A stretch of 64,000 nt of DNA from the NCBI GenBank assembly GCA_963785725.1, contig CAWAWS010000016.1:352001-416000 (forward strand), in the 5' to 3' direction. The notes below the pieces were generated by a model, which was given only the letters and a program-made list of their open reading frames with translations, did no database searches and was not told the origin of the DNA. Position 1 is the first letter of the stretch; each line of letters starts with the position of its first letter. Made by a program: the position numbers and the translations under genes. This document shows positions 44,301-55,578 of the stretch, in pieces. Source of the stretch: an uncultured delta proteobacterium. Lineage in GTDB: Bacteria; Myxococcota_A; Polyangia; Palsa-1104.

Positions 44301-44400
44301 GCGCTATCTCGACGCGGTCACGGCTTCCAAATCAGCGAGCCCGCGTCCGAGCTCGGCTCCGGCGGCGGCTCCGGCTGCTGCGTCGACTCCGGCGCCCTGA
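41311..44400 (+). CDS. Fused MFS-like membrane domain / spermidine synthase-like protein
   Basis: About 13 hydrophobic segments with duplicated FFLSG..L..E.VW.R and Y..NT.GA..G motifs, then IGFGSG, VELEP, GDGRNFL and YDVIISEPSNPW. Confidence 0.85.
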   Translation: MSGLVLACFFLSGASGLVFEAVWTRELTLVFGSTALAMSTVLSVFMGGLAVGSWLAGRWADKIGDRVRAYALAEAGVGVYALVVPFVLAGYPALNAAMYRVLGNSLVGLSLARFIAAALLLLVPTTLMGATLPLLSRHFVRDDGTSTIAGTVGRLYSLNTFGAVVGTFIGGFVLLPGVGVRATNYAAAATNLTLAAAVLLAKKRLRVREDDLSTMEIPVDPDAAVVAPPPTYSASAIGRRVALAAFAVSGAIAMVDQVLWTRALAIIIGSSVYSFTLILLAFLVGLAGGAAILSRLTARTTRPMEWLAGVHLATAAMIGVSYVIMDKLPAAFLGLLRGGAFSVDGIIFCQFLLAALAVLPATLCMGGVLPLTIRVVAASLQSVGRDVGTAYSINTLGAIVGSFAAGFIVLPFLGLQRGLALGAMLTVLLAAALLIAARPSVKRVATALVFPLATLVIMHSLPRWSLTHFSAGLFRVSIAKDIIESNKWALPLLDYYHDGIATTVSVERWSKTVALKNNGKVDASNGDDMSTQIMVGLMPFVFWNAAHPNATVGPRAAVIGFGSGVTIGAVTQYPIKHADVVELEPAVVYAGTKYFAKWNHMPEQNPKVRVLIGDGRNFLTQASDKYDVIISEPSNPWITGVSNLFTVDYWKLARSRLADDGVFCQWAQLYEMSSKNIKIILRSFAEVFPYTYVFSAEDLSSDVILVATNHPLPLDVAALARNFIDPTLKAELKRGGVESAEDLVSYLLLTPDEIPAFTAGSPLNTDDDAIIEFGAPRDLLGSTRTADPYLARVYASEWPYGRFDRYLVGLGDGDAKAATELRLAHSLLAHGKRAAADRFIKRARRHGAPPGSRTEQIAQLLGEHDPDDREVPLSETAPGDDDPTGLAGLDPPILPSDPRAAQDYLVVQKAVRLRAWAHALMAMRKWPENWIDQGGKDLELLLGYLLYKADLDDEAVDRLKPLADDQAYAARRPAVLYYLARAEYGNGIFEASVRNTERYLDAVTASKSASPRPSSAPAAAPAAASTPAP

Positions 44401-45418
44401 CGATCTTCTCGAACAGGCGCGCGACGAACGGGTTGGCGGCCGCCGGCACCGACGCGTCGAGCGTCAACGCCGCCGCCGTGGTGCACAGCCGCGCGTTCTC
44501 GAGCTGACCGTCGCCGGCGAGCAAGAGCGCCGACTCGTACAGCCGATCGGCGTAGCGCATGCGCCATTCGACGGTCATGCGCTCGTCGGCCACGCCCTGC
44601 ACCGCCTCGTGCATCTGCTGCAGCCGCTGCTTCGGATCGAGGATGAGCTTCGACGTCACGATCTTACCGATCTGCAAGTCGACCTCGGCCAACGACTCCT
44701 CGGGCGGGATCCACATGCGCAGCTCCGGCAGATTGTGCAGCGCCGCCAGCCGATCGCGTGCCTCCTCGATAGGCAACGGCGGCGCCAGATCGATCGCCGG
44801 ATGGCGCGCCTCGGGCTCGTAATGGCCGAGGCTCAGCCGGGCGCGCGCGAACGCCTCGGGCACCGTGCGGTTGGCGGCGAGCGTCTGCCGATAGCCGGCC
44901 TCGACGAGGACGCGCGCGTGGCGCTCGGAGATGCGGCCGACGCGCAGCCGGCCGTCGGCGATGACGCGCGCGGCGTGCTGGCGCCACTCCTTGCGCGGCG
45001 CGTTGGCGATGGTGAAGCCGAGGATGCCGCGCGACTCCGACAGCTGCGCCTCGAAGACGTCGAAACCATTGTCGGCCGCGCGCACGAGCCACACGACGCG
45101 CTCGCCGCGGCCATCGATGATCGAGGCCAGCGACAGATCTTCGGTCGGCGCATGCGGACCGACGGGACGGAACTCGTGTTTGATGGGCGCCGGCGCGGCC
45201 ACGCCTTTGGTGCGCAGGACGTGCAGCGCTTTGCGCGCCAGCTTCGCCAGCGCCTTGTCGGTCGCTTCGCCGAGACGATTGAGACGCGCCGCATCGCCGC
45301 GGGCGCGTAAGGTTTCGACGAGCGCGGCGCCCTCGGCTGCGGTCAGCGCCGTCGGCAACAGATCGGCGTCGTCGTCGAGGAAGGCGCGGGCGGCGGGCGG
45401 AAGCTCGGGTTGCGACAT
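44318..45418 (-). CDS. Hypothetical protein
   Basis: Protein-like composition and GC-biased codon usage; K.ARKAL..L..KG and S.IDG.GER motifs. Its 3' end overlaps the convergent gene. Confidence 0.65.
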   Translation of the reverse strand: MSQPELPPAARAFLDDDADLLPTALTAAEGAALVETLRARGDAARLNRLGEATDKALAKLARKALHVLRTKGVAAPAPIKHEFRPVGPHAPTEDLSLASIIDGRGERVVWLVRAADNGFDVFEAQLSESRGILGFTIANAPRKEWRQHAARVIADGRLRVGRISERHARVLVEAGYRQTLAANRTVPEAFARARLSLGHYEPEARHPAIDLAPPLPIEEARDRLAALHNLPELRMWIPPEESLAEVDLQIGKIVTSKLILDPKQRLQQMHEAVQGVADERMTVEWRMRYADRLYESALLLAGDGQLENARLCTTAAALTLDASVPAAANPFVARLFEKIVRAPESTQQPEPPPEPSSDAGSLIWKP

Positions 45419-45481
45419 GGCCCGCCGACGTTAGCGCCGGGCGGCGCCGATGACAATCGGACGATCGCCGGCGCCTCGGCG

Positions 45482-46087
45482 TCAGTAAGCGATGAAGCTG
45501 CCGCCGAGCACGAAGCTGAGCGCGCTGCCGACCGGCAGATAGTCGAGCTGCAGCGCGACGGTGACGGCGCCGCGGCCGAGCCACGCGTCGAAGCCGGCGC
45601 GCGCGCCCGCGGTCGCGAACGTCGCCGCCGCCGGACAGGCGCCGGGCACTTCGCGGGCGCCCGCTTGACCACCGAGGCCGGCGTGCACCTGCACCCACGG
45701 GTCGAGCCAGGCGGCGGAGCGGCCGTTGCCGAGATCGGCGCGGATGCCGAGCGCGCCCGACGCGGCGTTGGGGCGCATGCCGCGGCCGCAGCGCGTGGAG
45801 TATTCGCCGGCCAGCGTGCCCACGACATCGCCGTCGAGCGACAGCGGTCCCCACACGCGCACGCCGAGCTCGAGCAGCGTGGGAAAGCGCGTCACGTATT
45901 CACCGTCACCGAGGCGGCTGCCGCCGAAGCCTTGCGCCAGCGTCGCGCGCAGCTTCCAGCGCGGCGTGTCGGCGCGCGGCGTCAAGGGCGGCGTGTATTG
46001 GCGCTCGTCGCCGCGCGCAGCCGTCACCCACGTCACGCCGATCGCGACGATGGCGACCACGAAGCCAGCCTGAAGCGCGCAGCGCAT
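45482..46087 (-). CDS. Putative small outer-membrane beta-barrel protein
   Basis: Signal-like N-terminus, alternating hydrophobic strands and a terminal aromatic residue (...GGSFIAY). Confidence 0.5.
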   Translation of the reverse strand: MRCALQAGFVVAIVAIGVTWVTAARGDERQYTPPLTPRADTPRWKLRATLAQGFGGSRLGDGEYVTRFPTLLELGVRVWGPLSLDGDVVGTLAGEYSTRCGRGMRPNAASGALGIRADLGNGRSAAWLDPWVQVHAGLGGQAGAREVPGACPAAATFATAGARAGFDAWLGRGAVTVALQLDYLPVGSALSFVLGGSFIAY

Positions 46088-46207
46088 CCGCCCGAGCGTC
46101 GCCGGCTGTCGTCCGCGCGTCAAGCGCGACAACGCGCCTCTCGCCGCACGAAGCCCTGCATCGGCGCGCACTTTTGTGCATCGCAGCCGTCGAGCATGCT
46201 ATCTCCA

Positions 46208-48402
<2,195 letters not shown>

Positions 48403-48406
<4 letters not shown>

Positions 48407-48831
48407 GTGGCGGTAAACCGACGACGCCGCTGTTGACGGTGGACATCATCATCGAAATCAAAGGCGGGATCGTGCTCATCGAGCGCAAGAACCCGCCGCC
48501 GGGTTGGGCGCTGCCGGGCGGTTTCGTCGACGTCGGCGAGTCGCTGGCGCAGGCAGCCGTGCGCGAGGCGCGCGAGGAGACGTCGTTGGACGTGACGCTC
48601 GACGAGCAGTTCTTCGCATACTCCGATCCCAAGCGCGATCCGCGCGGCGCCACGGTTTCGGTGGTCTTCTTGGGCCACGCCGACGGCGAGCCGAAAGCGG
48701 CCGACGACGCCAAGAACGTGCGCGTCTACACGCTCGATGCGCTGCCCGAGCTGGCCTTCGATCACGCGCAGATCCTCGAGGACTACCGCCGCTTGCGCCA
48801 ATCGGGCACGCATCCGCCGGTGTCGCGATGA
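48403..48831 (+). CDS. NUDIX hydrolase
   Basis: [26 protein letters not shown]udix box; RDPR and AFDH. Confidence 0.92.
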
Positions 48832-49379
48832 GCATTCTCATCGACGAGAGCGACAAGGTGGAGCTCTTGCGCATCGCGCGGGCGACGTTGCGCGAGTATT
48901 TGGCGACCGGCTTCTTGCCGCCGGGCGCGCCACACCGCGAGTCCCTGCTCGAGCCGCGCGGGGCGTTCGTGACCTTGCACGTGGCCGGCGAGCTGCGCGG
49001 TTGCATCGGCCGCGTCGACGCCGACACGCCGCTCTATTTGGCGGTCGAGCAGCTGGCGGTGGCGGCGGCGACGCGCGATCCACGCTTCGAGCCGCTGCGC
49101 GCCGAGGAGCTGCCCGAGACGCGCGTCGAGCTGTCGCTGCTGTCGAAGCCGGAGCGGCAGCGGCCGGACGACGTCGAGCTCGGCAAGCATGGCGTCATCA
49201 TCACGCGCGGCGTGCGTCGCGGGCTGTTGTTGCCGCAAGTGGCGCTCGACCAGGGCTTTACGCGCGAGCAGTTCCTCGACGAGACGTGCGCCAAGGCGGG
49301 CCTGCCGCCGGGCGCCTGGCGCGAGCCCGAGACCGTGCTCGAGACGTTCACCGCCGACGTCTTCTCGGAACGCGCCTAA
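48828..49379 (+). CDS. AMMECR1-domain protein (AmmeMemoRadiSam system protein A-like)
   Basis: GAFVTL...LRGCIG...AA.RDPRF...GLLLPQVA...C.KAGL...W. Confidence 0.9.
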   Translation: MSILIDESDKVELLRIARATLREYLATGFLPPGAPHRESLLEPRGAFVTLHVAGELRGCIGRVDADTPLYLAVEQLAVAAATRDPRFEPLRAEELPETRVELSLLSKPERQRPDDVELGKHGVIITRGVRRGLLLPQVALDQGFTREQFLDETCAKAGLPPGAWREPETVLETFTADVFSERA

Positions 49380-49467
49380 ACGCGCGCGCCCTCATCCGCA
49401 AAATGTAGTTGGAGTAGGCATTGAGCGGGCGGCGCGCCGCAGCTGGCGCGCCGCTCGTGACGTGCGA

Positions 49468-50307
49468 CTACGACGCGCCGCCCGACGCCGCGGCCTTGGT
49501 CGCGTCGTCGATGCCCTTCTTGGCCTTGTGCTGCCACTTCGGCAGGAAGTGCGCGTCTTCCGGCGTCGGCTGCGCCGCCAACACCCGCTGATAGTGCTGC
49601 TTGGCCTCGTCGTACTTCTCGGCCTTGACCAGCGCGTTGCCGAGCAAGAGGTCGTTCAGCGGCCAATCGGCGCCTTGCGGCGTCTTCAACGCCAACTGCA
49701 GCAGCTCGACGCCCTTGTCGGGATCGCCGATCGAAGCCGGCCACGGCGGCGCCTCGGCATACAGCGCGCCCAACGAGCGCGGCGGCCCGCCGTGATCGTA
49801 GCTGGCGTCGATCTGCATCGCCCGCTTCCAGGCGTCGCGCACCGCCGGCACCATGAACTTGGCGCCCACCAGCTTCGTCGTCGCCGAGAATCCTTGGTCG
49901 ATGCCGCTGTAATAATGCCCTTCGACGCCCTTCGGGTTCAGCTTGACGGCGGCCTTGGCGTAGTCGGCCCCGTGACTGCTGAAGTTCGCGCGCTTGCTCT
50001 TGTCGTCGTACTGGTCGTCTGCCAGCCACGCGCACAGGCGCGCCGCTTTCCACGCCGCTTCGTAGCTCTGCGGGTCGAGCGCCTGCGCCTTCTGGAGCGC
50101 GGTGAGCGCGTCCTCCATCTCGCTCGTCGTGGCGTAGCTGTTGGCGTTGGCTTTCACCAGCGTGTCGTCGGCGATCTTGATCAGATCCTCGACCTTGTTC
50201 GGCATCTTGTCGGGCGTTGTTTTGCCCAAGGTGGTGATGCGCGGCACGCAACCGATCGACAGCGGTGCCAGCCACAGCAACAGCGCCAGTCCCCCCAGGC
50301 GCCTCAC
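49468..50307 (-). CDS. TPR/TatT-like lipoprotein (BstC-like)
   Basis: GTG start, lipobox-like LSIG-C, all-helical TPR pattern, and YDHGGPPRSLGALYAEAPPWPASIGD motif. Confidence 0.7.
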   Translation of the reverse strand: MRRLGGLALLLWLAPLSIGCVPRITTLGKTTPDKMPNKVEDLIKIADDTLVKANANSYATTSEMEDALTALQKAQALDPQSYEAAWKAARLCAWLADDQYDDKSKRANFSSHGADYAKAAVKLNPKGVEGHYYSGIDQGFSATTKLVGAKFMVPAVRDAWKRAMQIDASYDHGGPPRSLGALYAEAPPWPASIGDPDKGVELLQLALKTPQGADWPLNDLLLGNALVKAEKYDEAKQHYQRVLAAQPTPEDAHFLPKWQHKAKKGIDDATKAAASGGAS

Positions 50308-50356
50308 CGCTTCACCGACCGTCGCTCGAATGTGGCGTGTTTCGCTCGGCGGCCGA

Positions 50357-51172
50357 TCACTTGTCGAACCGGCGCGCAGCGGCGTCGAACGCGGCCTTGT
50401 TCGGCGGCGCGATGGTGTCGATGAACATCGACTCGCACACCGCCTTGCCCTTGGCGTCGCCGCACAGCTTCGGCAGCGCCTTGGCGAACGCCGCGCGATC
50501 GGCGGGCGTCGCATTCTTCGTGAACACCACGACCGGCGTCGGCGGCAGCGCCGGCGACGTCCAAATCACCTTCAGGTCGGGCGCGATCTCCTTCATTTGC
50601 GCCAGCTGCTCGTCGTCGATGAGCGCCGCGTCCGCATCGCCGCGATCGACGGCCTTGATCGGCTTCGAAGGCTGCGCCGTCTTCGAGACGACGAAATAGG
50701 TCGCGACGTCGATCTTGCCGTCGAACCCCACTTGGCTGACGTACTTCGGCGACGCCAGGTGATTCGAGCTCAGCTTCTTGCCCTTCAGATCGGCCAAGCT
50801 CTTGAAGGTCGTGCCTTTGACGATGAGGCTGTAGTGACCTTTGTTGAACGTCTTGCCCTTGACCTCGGCGATCGGCTCCAGCGCCTCTTTCTTGCGCAGG
50901 TCGAGGTAGATCTCGGGATCCAAGATGGCGAAGCCCGGCTTGCGCTCGGCGATAACCTTTTCGAGGCTGGCGATGTCGTCGACCCATTCGCCTTTGGCGG
51001 CGTTGGCCGGCCAACCCGTCAAGCCCTCGGCGAGTCGTAAGAACTGATCGATGTACGGCTGGGCATTCGCGGCGTTGGCTCCGGCGCCGGCGTGCTCGGC
51101 GACGAAGTCGCGTCCGCCGGCGAAGGCTGCGGATGAGACCAACAGGGTGCCTAAGAATATCGCTCGCTTCAT
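50357..51172 (-). CDS. Periplasmic binding protein of the phosphate/phosphonate-binding (PhnD-like) fold (BstB-like)
   Basis: GGAGG RBS; signal peptide MKRAIFLGTLLVSSAAFA; Y.LIV......SLADLKGKKL, AV..G.ADAAL and L.VIWTS..LP..PVV. Confidence 0.75.
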   Translation of the reverse strand: MKRAIFLGTLLVSSAAFAGGRDFVAEHAGAGANAANAQPYIDQFLRLAEGLTGWPANAAKGEWVDDIASLEKVIAERKPGFAILDPEIYLDLRKKEALEPIAEVKGKTFNKGHYSLIVKGTTFKSLADLKGKKLSSNHLASPKYVSQVGFDGKIDVATYFVVSKTAQPSKPIKAVDRGDADAALIDDEQLAQMKEIAPDLKVIWTSPALPPTPVVVFTKNATPADRAAFAKALPKLCGDAKGKAVCESMFIDTIAPPNKAAFDAAARRFDK

Positions 51173-51222
51173 GTATCCTCCGACGAGAGCCGCGCGAGTT
51201 TTATTCCCCGACACCCCTCACG

Positions 51223-52824
51223 TCAATACGTGAAGCGCGCCTTGAGGAAGACTTCACTCGCTCCTGCGGCCGGATCGCCAAATTTGGTGTCGTGATCGCC
51301 TAGGAAGACGAAGCCGCCCACCGATAGTTCCGTCGCGTCCCAGACCGCCCACGCGATCTGCGGAAACAAGACGGAAGTGAACTTCGGATCGTGATCGCCC
51401 ATCTGCGGGATCTTGAAGACGCCGAAGAAGCGCAAGAGCAGCTGATCCGAGAAGAGCTTGAAGTCGCTGCCGAGCACGATGTACTGGCCGAGGCGCGATT
51501 CACAGCGCGGCGCATCGCCGATCTGCGCGTGCGCGTAGGCGTAGCACTGCTGGCCGGCGCCGAACTCGTCGATGAAGCCGCGCACGTACTGCAAGTTCGA
51601 GTAGAGCCACTTGGTCCACGTGTAGTCGAGGCCGGCCGTGAGCTTGACGAACGGCTCCGACGGAATGACAGTGCCACGCTGCGCCTCCGGGTAGGTCTGA
51701 ATGAGGTTATAAGCATTCGAACCGTCCGGGAGCTTTTGGCCGTTCTTTTGGAACGTAATCGGATCGTGACCGCCAAAAAGCTCGTTGTAGACGCCGTAGG
51801 TGATCTTCTGCGGGAAGTAGAGGCCCGCTTCCGCCCAATAACCGAGGCCCTTGAGCGCGTCGATGGAGCCGGCGAGATCGGCGCCGAGGACGTCCATGCG
51901 CGGCCACATGACGATGACGTCGACCTGGCCGGCGGGCTTGTTGATGGCCCACGCCGGCGTCGGCAAGCCGAAGCGGCCGTGATAGTAGGACAGCGACATG
52001 TCGAGGCCGCCGAAGCGACCGGCGGCGCGCAAGCCCACCTGCGAGTTGGCCATCGAAGGATCGGGCTGCATCGTGTAGACGTTGACCTGCTTCGGGTCGA
52101 CGAGCGCCGCGAACTGACCGAGCTTGTTGCGGATGTCCTCTTCTTGCACCGGCGCCGGACGCTGCGGCTCGGTGACCGCCAGCGGCGCCGTGCGCGGCAG
52201 CTGCGCCGGGCGGAAGATCGGCACCCACACCGCGGTGACGATGAGATCGCCCCACGGATTCCAGTCGGCGCGAATCATGTTGTTGCCGAGCGCCTTACCG
52301 AAGAGCAGCGCGTCCGACAGATCGAGCGTGTTGATGTTGTTCGTCGGGTTGAACTTGTCGCCCGTGCCCCAGACGACGACCTGACGACCGACGCGTAGAT
52401 CGAGGTGCGGCAAGATTCGGTAGACGTCGACATAGGCGCTCGACGCTTCCAGGCGATAGGGATCGACGTCTTCGTGCAGCGTGTTGGAGTCGATGTCGTT
52501 GACGTCCGAGTAGCCGTACCAATAGAAGTCGACGTCGGCGACCGCCTTGACCTTGTCCGAGATGCTCAAGGTCAGCTGCGCTTTGATGAGGTTCTCGTTG
52601 CGCGAGAAGCCGTACTTGAGCAGCCGCTCTTGCGACGGGAAAGGCACCGTCGCCGTCGGGCTCAGCGGCGGGACCTCCTCGCCGCCGAGACGAAAGCGGA
52701 TGTCGCTGGAGATTTGGCCGCCGAACTTGATGTCGACGTCGGCCCACGCCACCGACGTCACGAAACAGCTCAGCCCGACCGTGAAGAGGATTGCAACCTG
52801 CCGACACCCCCGTGTCGACATCAT
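51223..52824 (-). CDS. Outer-membrane beta-barrel protein (DUF1302-like)
   Basis: Signal peptide ...SVAWA; AYVD...DLRVGRQVVVWGTGDKFNPTN; amphipathic strands; C-terminal beta-signal FLKARFTY. Confidence 0.78.
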   Translation of the reverse strand: MMSTRGCRQVAILFTVGLSCFVTSVAWADVDIKFGGQISSDIRFRLGGEEVPPLSPTATVPFPSQERLLKYGFSRNENLIKAQLTLSISDKVKAVADVDFYWYGYSDVNDIDSNTLHEDVDPYRLEASSAYVDVYRILPHLDLRVGRQVVVWGTGDKFNPTNNINTLDLSDALLFGKALGNNMIRADWNPWGDLIVTAVWVPIFRPAQLPRTAPLAVTEPQRPAPVQEEDIRNKLGQFAALVDPKQVNVYTMQPDPSMANSQVGLRAAGRFGGLDMSLSYYHGRFGLPTPAWAINKPAGQVDVIVMWPRMDVLGADLAGSIDALKGLGYWAEAGLYFPQKITYGVYNELFGGHDPITFQKNGQKLPDGSNAYNLIQTYPEAQRGTVIPSEPFVKLTAGLDYTWTKWLYSNLQYVRGFIDEFGAGQQCYAYAHAQIGDAPRCESRLGQYIVLGSDFKLFSDQLLLRFFGVFKIPQMGDHDPKFTSVLFPQIAWAVWDATELSVGGFVFLGDHDTKFGDPAAGASEVFLKARFTY

Positions 52825-52835
52825 GCGTGCAACAC

Positions 52836-52849
52836 TAGAACATGTTTCA
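52836..52849. promoter_or_regulatory. TnnAACnnGTTnnA palindrome (KstR-type operator pattern), copy 2
   Basis: TAGAACATGTTTCA fills the 25-bp gap between the MMPL stop (52850) and the barrel start (52824). Confidence 0.6.
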
Positions 52850-55552
52850 TTATTTGGGCTCCCCTGGCGGCGTCCGCACTGTAGACAGCACGGCCGGAAC
52901 GAGCAAGCAGGTTAATAAAGCCGACAGCGCCATCGACAGGCCAGCCAGCGTACCGAAGAGGTGCATCGCGGGCGACTTTCCGAGCGCGAGCACCCAGAAG
53001 CCGAGCGACACGAGCAGGATCGAGACGACCATGATGGGGCCGACGGTGCGCGTGACCTCGTCGGCCGGCTGGCGGCGCAGATACCACAAATAGTGCATGG
53101 CGAAGTCGCTGCCGGCGCCGGTGGCGATGCCGGCGACGAGCGACGTGCCGAGATCGATGGGCACGCCGAACAGGCCCATCACGCCGAAGATGATCGCCAT
53201 CGTCAACAGCGACGCCCACATCGACAAGAGCGCCAGCTTGATCGAGCGGAACAGCGCCAGCATCAACAAGAGCACGGCGAAGATGGTGACGACGAGGCTG
53301 CGCACTTGGTTGTCGCCGACGGCGCGCGAGAAGCCGCGGCCCAAGATGGGCTCGCCGGCGACGTGGCCGATGAGCGGCAGCTCGGCGTGCTCGCTCGGGT
53401 CGATGCGCACGAAGAGATCGTCGGCGAGCGTGGCGACGTGGGCGCGCGCGAAGGCGTCGTCGGGCGGCAGCTGCGCGGCGGCGATGAGCGCGGGCACGGC
53501 GGCTTCGACGGCGAGGCGGCGACGCTCTTCGTCGAGGCGGCCGAGGAGGCCGGTATAATCGTCGGGCGTGGCGCCGGCTTTGGCGAACGCCGCCTTCAGC
53601 GCCGGCGAGCCGGCGGGCGCGTCGGCGGCCAGGCGGACGATCTCGGCGCGCGCCTCGTCGGACATGGGCGGCGCTTCGTCGCTGTGCAGATAGTCGGTCA
53701 CGGCGGCGCTGATGGCCGCCGGCGCCGGCGGCGCGGGGTTGGCGGCGGCCTTGGCTGCGGCGAGCAGCGTGACACGCGCCGGCGCGCGATCGTGGGCGCG
53801 CGCCATCCAGCCGAGGCGATCGGCGACGTCGTCGATGGTCGGCGGACGCGGCGTGCGCTGCAGCCGATCGTGCACGAACGCTTCCAACGCCTCCATCGCC
53901 GGGCCGCCGTCGCCGCTGACGCGAATGGTGAGCATGGCGTCGTGGCGCTCGGACGTGATCAGCTGACCGACGCCGGCTTGGCCTTCGATGAGCAGCCACA
54001 TGTTGGCCGACTGCGCGCGCTTCCACGGCAAGACGGCGCGGCCGTTCAAGCCCGCCGACGCCAGCGTCACCGGCAGCAGCAGCGACTGCACGTCATGCAC
54101 GCCCGGCAGCGACTTGGTGAAATCGGACAGGCGCGCCACTTCCCGCAGCGTCGCCGGGTCGTCGAAGTCGCCTTGCAGCCAGATCTGCGCGAACGTGGCG
54201 CCGCCGAAGTGCTCGTCCAAGAAGTGCTCGGCCAGCCACGGCTCGGAGCCGACGCGGAAGAACGCGCGCGGCTCCATCTGCACGCGCACGCGCAACATCG
54301 GCCCCACCGCCACCGTGCCCACGACGAGCGCGACGGCGATGACGGCCACGCGACATCGAGCGGACCAGTGCCACAAGCGCACCATGGCGTCGCCGAGGCG
54401 GCGGAATTCGACCTTCTTTTGCGCCTTGCGCGGCCACAGCGCCAGCGCCGCCGGCACCAGCGTCAGCGACGCCAGCCAACAGATGACGACGCCGAAGCCG
54501 CAGGCGATGCCGAAGCCGCGCATCGGGCGAACGTCGGTGGCGACGAAGGCGAAGAAGCCGACCGACGTCGTGGCCGCGGCGATGGCAAGCGGCGGTCCGA
54601 CGATGGCGAGCGCCTGCTTGATGGCTTCGTCGGACGAATGTTTGGCGCGCAATAAGTAGTAGCGCCCGAGGACGTGGACGGCGTACGAGCTGCCCGACGC
54701 GAAGAGGATGACCGGCAGGGTCGACGTGGCGACGGTGAACTTCTCGCCGAACCAGCCCATGCCGCCCAAGACGACGAGCACGCTGAACGCGACCGAGCCG
54801 ACGGTGAGCGCGACGCCGAGCGGATCGCGGAAGGCGACGATGACGACGAGCAGCAGCATGAAGAGCGCCACCGGCGACAGATGCCAGACGTCGCGCTGCG
54901 CCTCTTCGTAGATGGCGCGGGCGGCGAAGGGCGCGCCGCCGAAGTAGACGTGCAGCCCGGCCAGCTCGTGGGTGGCGACGGTGCGGATCTGATCCTCGAT
55001 GCGGGCCGCACCTTTGACGTCGCCGCTGCCCTTCTTCGGATCGGCCAGGAACGCCAGGATGAGCGCGGCGCGACCGTCCTTCGAGACCAAGTTGCCGACG
55101 GCGAACTCGCGCGACAGGACCTTGGCGCGCAAGGCCGCCTGCTCGGTCGCGTCCTTGGGCGGCGCGGGCACGAGGTCGACGACCTGCGCGCCGGCCGGTC
55201 CGGGCACGATGTCGGACGCCGCCGTCAGCGACAGGATGAGATCGACGCCGCGCAAGTTCTTGATCGCCTGCGTCGCCCAATCGATCTTGCCCATCGACGA
55301 CGGCGAGAACACGTCGTCGCCGGGCGGGGTCTCGACGCCGATGAGCGCCACGCGCAGCGATCCGAAGCGGTGGCTGACGTCCTCGAACAGCCGCACGTCG
55401 GGATCGTCCGTCGGCAGGAAGACCATGAGATCTTCCTCGTTCTGCAGCCGCGCGGCTCCGACGACCGACAAGATCGCCACGACCGCGCAAGCGGCCAGGA
55501 CGGAGCGCGGGCGGCGGCTGGCCCAAGCGATCAGCGTTCCCACGCGGGGCAC
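52850..55552 (-). CDS. MMPL/RND superfamily transporter (BstA-like)
   Basis: Two RND repeats (TM, periplasmic loop, 5 TMs) with FLP.DDP...F...S.RFG, GSSYAVH, AAATTSVGF and GAGSDFAMHY. GTG start at 55552 (or 55543). Confidence 0.88.
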   Translation of the reverse strand: MPRVGTLIAWASRRPRSVLAACAVVAILSVVGAARLQNEEDLMVFLPTDDPDVRLFEDVSHRFGSLRVALIGVETPPGDDVFSPSSMGKIDWATQAIKNLRGVDLILSLTAASDIVPGPAGAQVVDLVPAPPKDATEQAALRAKVLSREFAVGNLVSKDGRAALILAFLADPKKGSGDVKGAARIEDQIRTVATHELAGLHVYFGGAPFAARAIYEEAQRDVWHLSPVALFMLLLVVIVAFRDPLGVALTVGSVAFSVLVVLGGMGWFGEKFTVATSTLPVILFASGSSYAVHVLGRYYLLRAKHSSDEAIKQALAIVGPPLAIAAATTSVGFFAFVATDVRPMRGFGIACGFGVVICWLASLTLVPAALALWPRKAQKKVEFRRLGDAMVRLWHWSARCRVAVIAVALVVGTVAVGPMLRVRVQMEPRAFFRVGSEPWLAEHFLDEHFGGATFAQIWLQGDFDDPATLREVARLSDFTKSLPGVHDVQSLLLPVTLASAGLNGRAVLPWKRAQSANMWLLIEGQAGVGQLITSERHDAMLTIRVSGDGGPAMEALEAFVHDRLQRTPRPPTIDDVADRLGWMARAHDRAPARVTLLAAAKAAANPAPPAPAAISAAVTDYLHSDEAPPMSDEARAEIVRLAADAPAGSPALKAAFAKAGATPDDYTGLLGRLDEERRRLAVEAAVPALIAAAQLPPDDAFARAHVATLADDLFVRIDPSEHAELPLIGHVAGEPILGRGFSRAVGDNQVRSLVVTIFAVLLLMLALFRSIKLALLSMWASLLTMAIIFGVMGLFGVPIDLGTSLVAGIATGAGSDFAMHYLWYLRRQPADEVTRTVGPIMVVSILLVSLGFWVLALGKSPAMHLFGTLAGLSMALSALLTCLLVPAVLSTVRTPPGEPK

Positions 55553-55578
55553 CCTAACATAACCGCCGCGACGGCCGG

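Noticed and set aside
50357..51172. Phosphonate ABC transporter (phnD)
   Set aside because: No phnC/phnE ATPase or permease is nearby; the MMPL/barrel/TPR context fits a different role.
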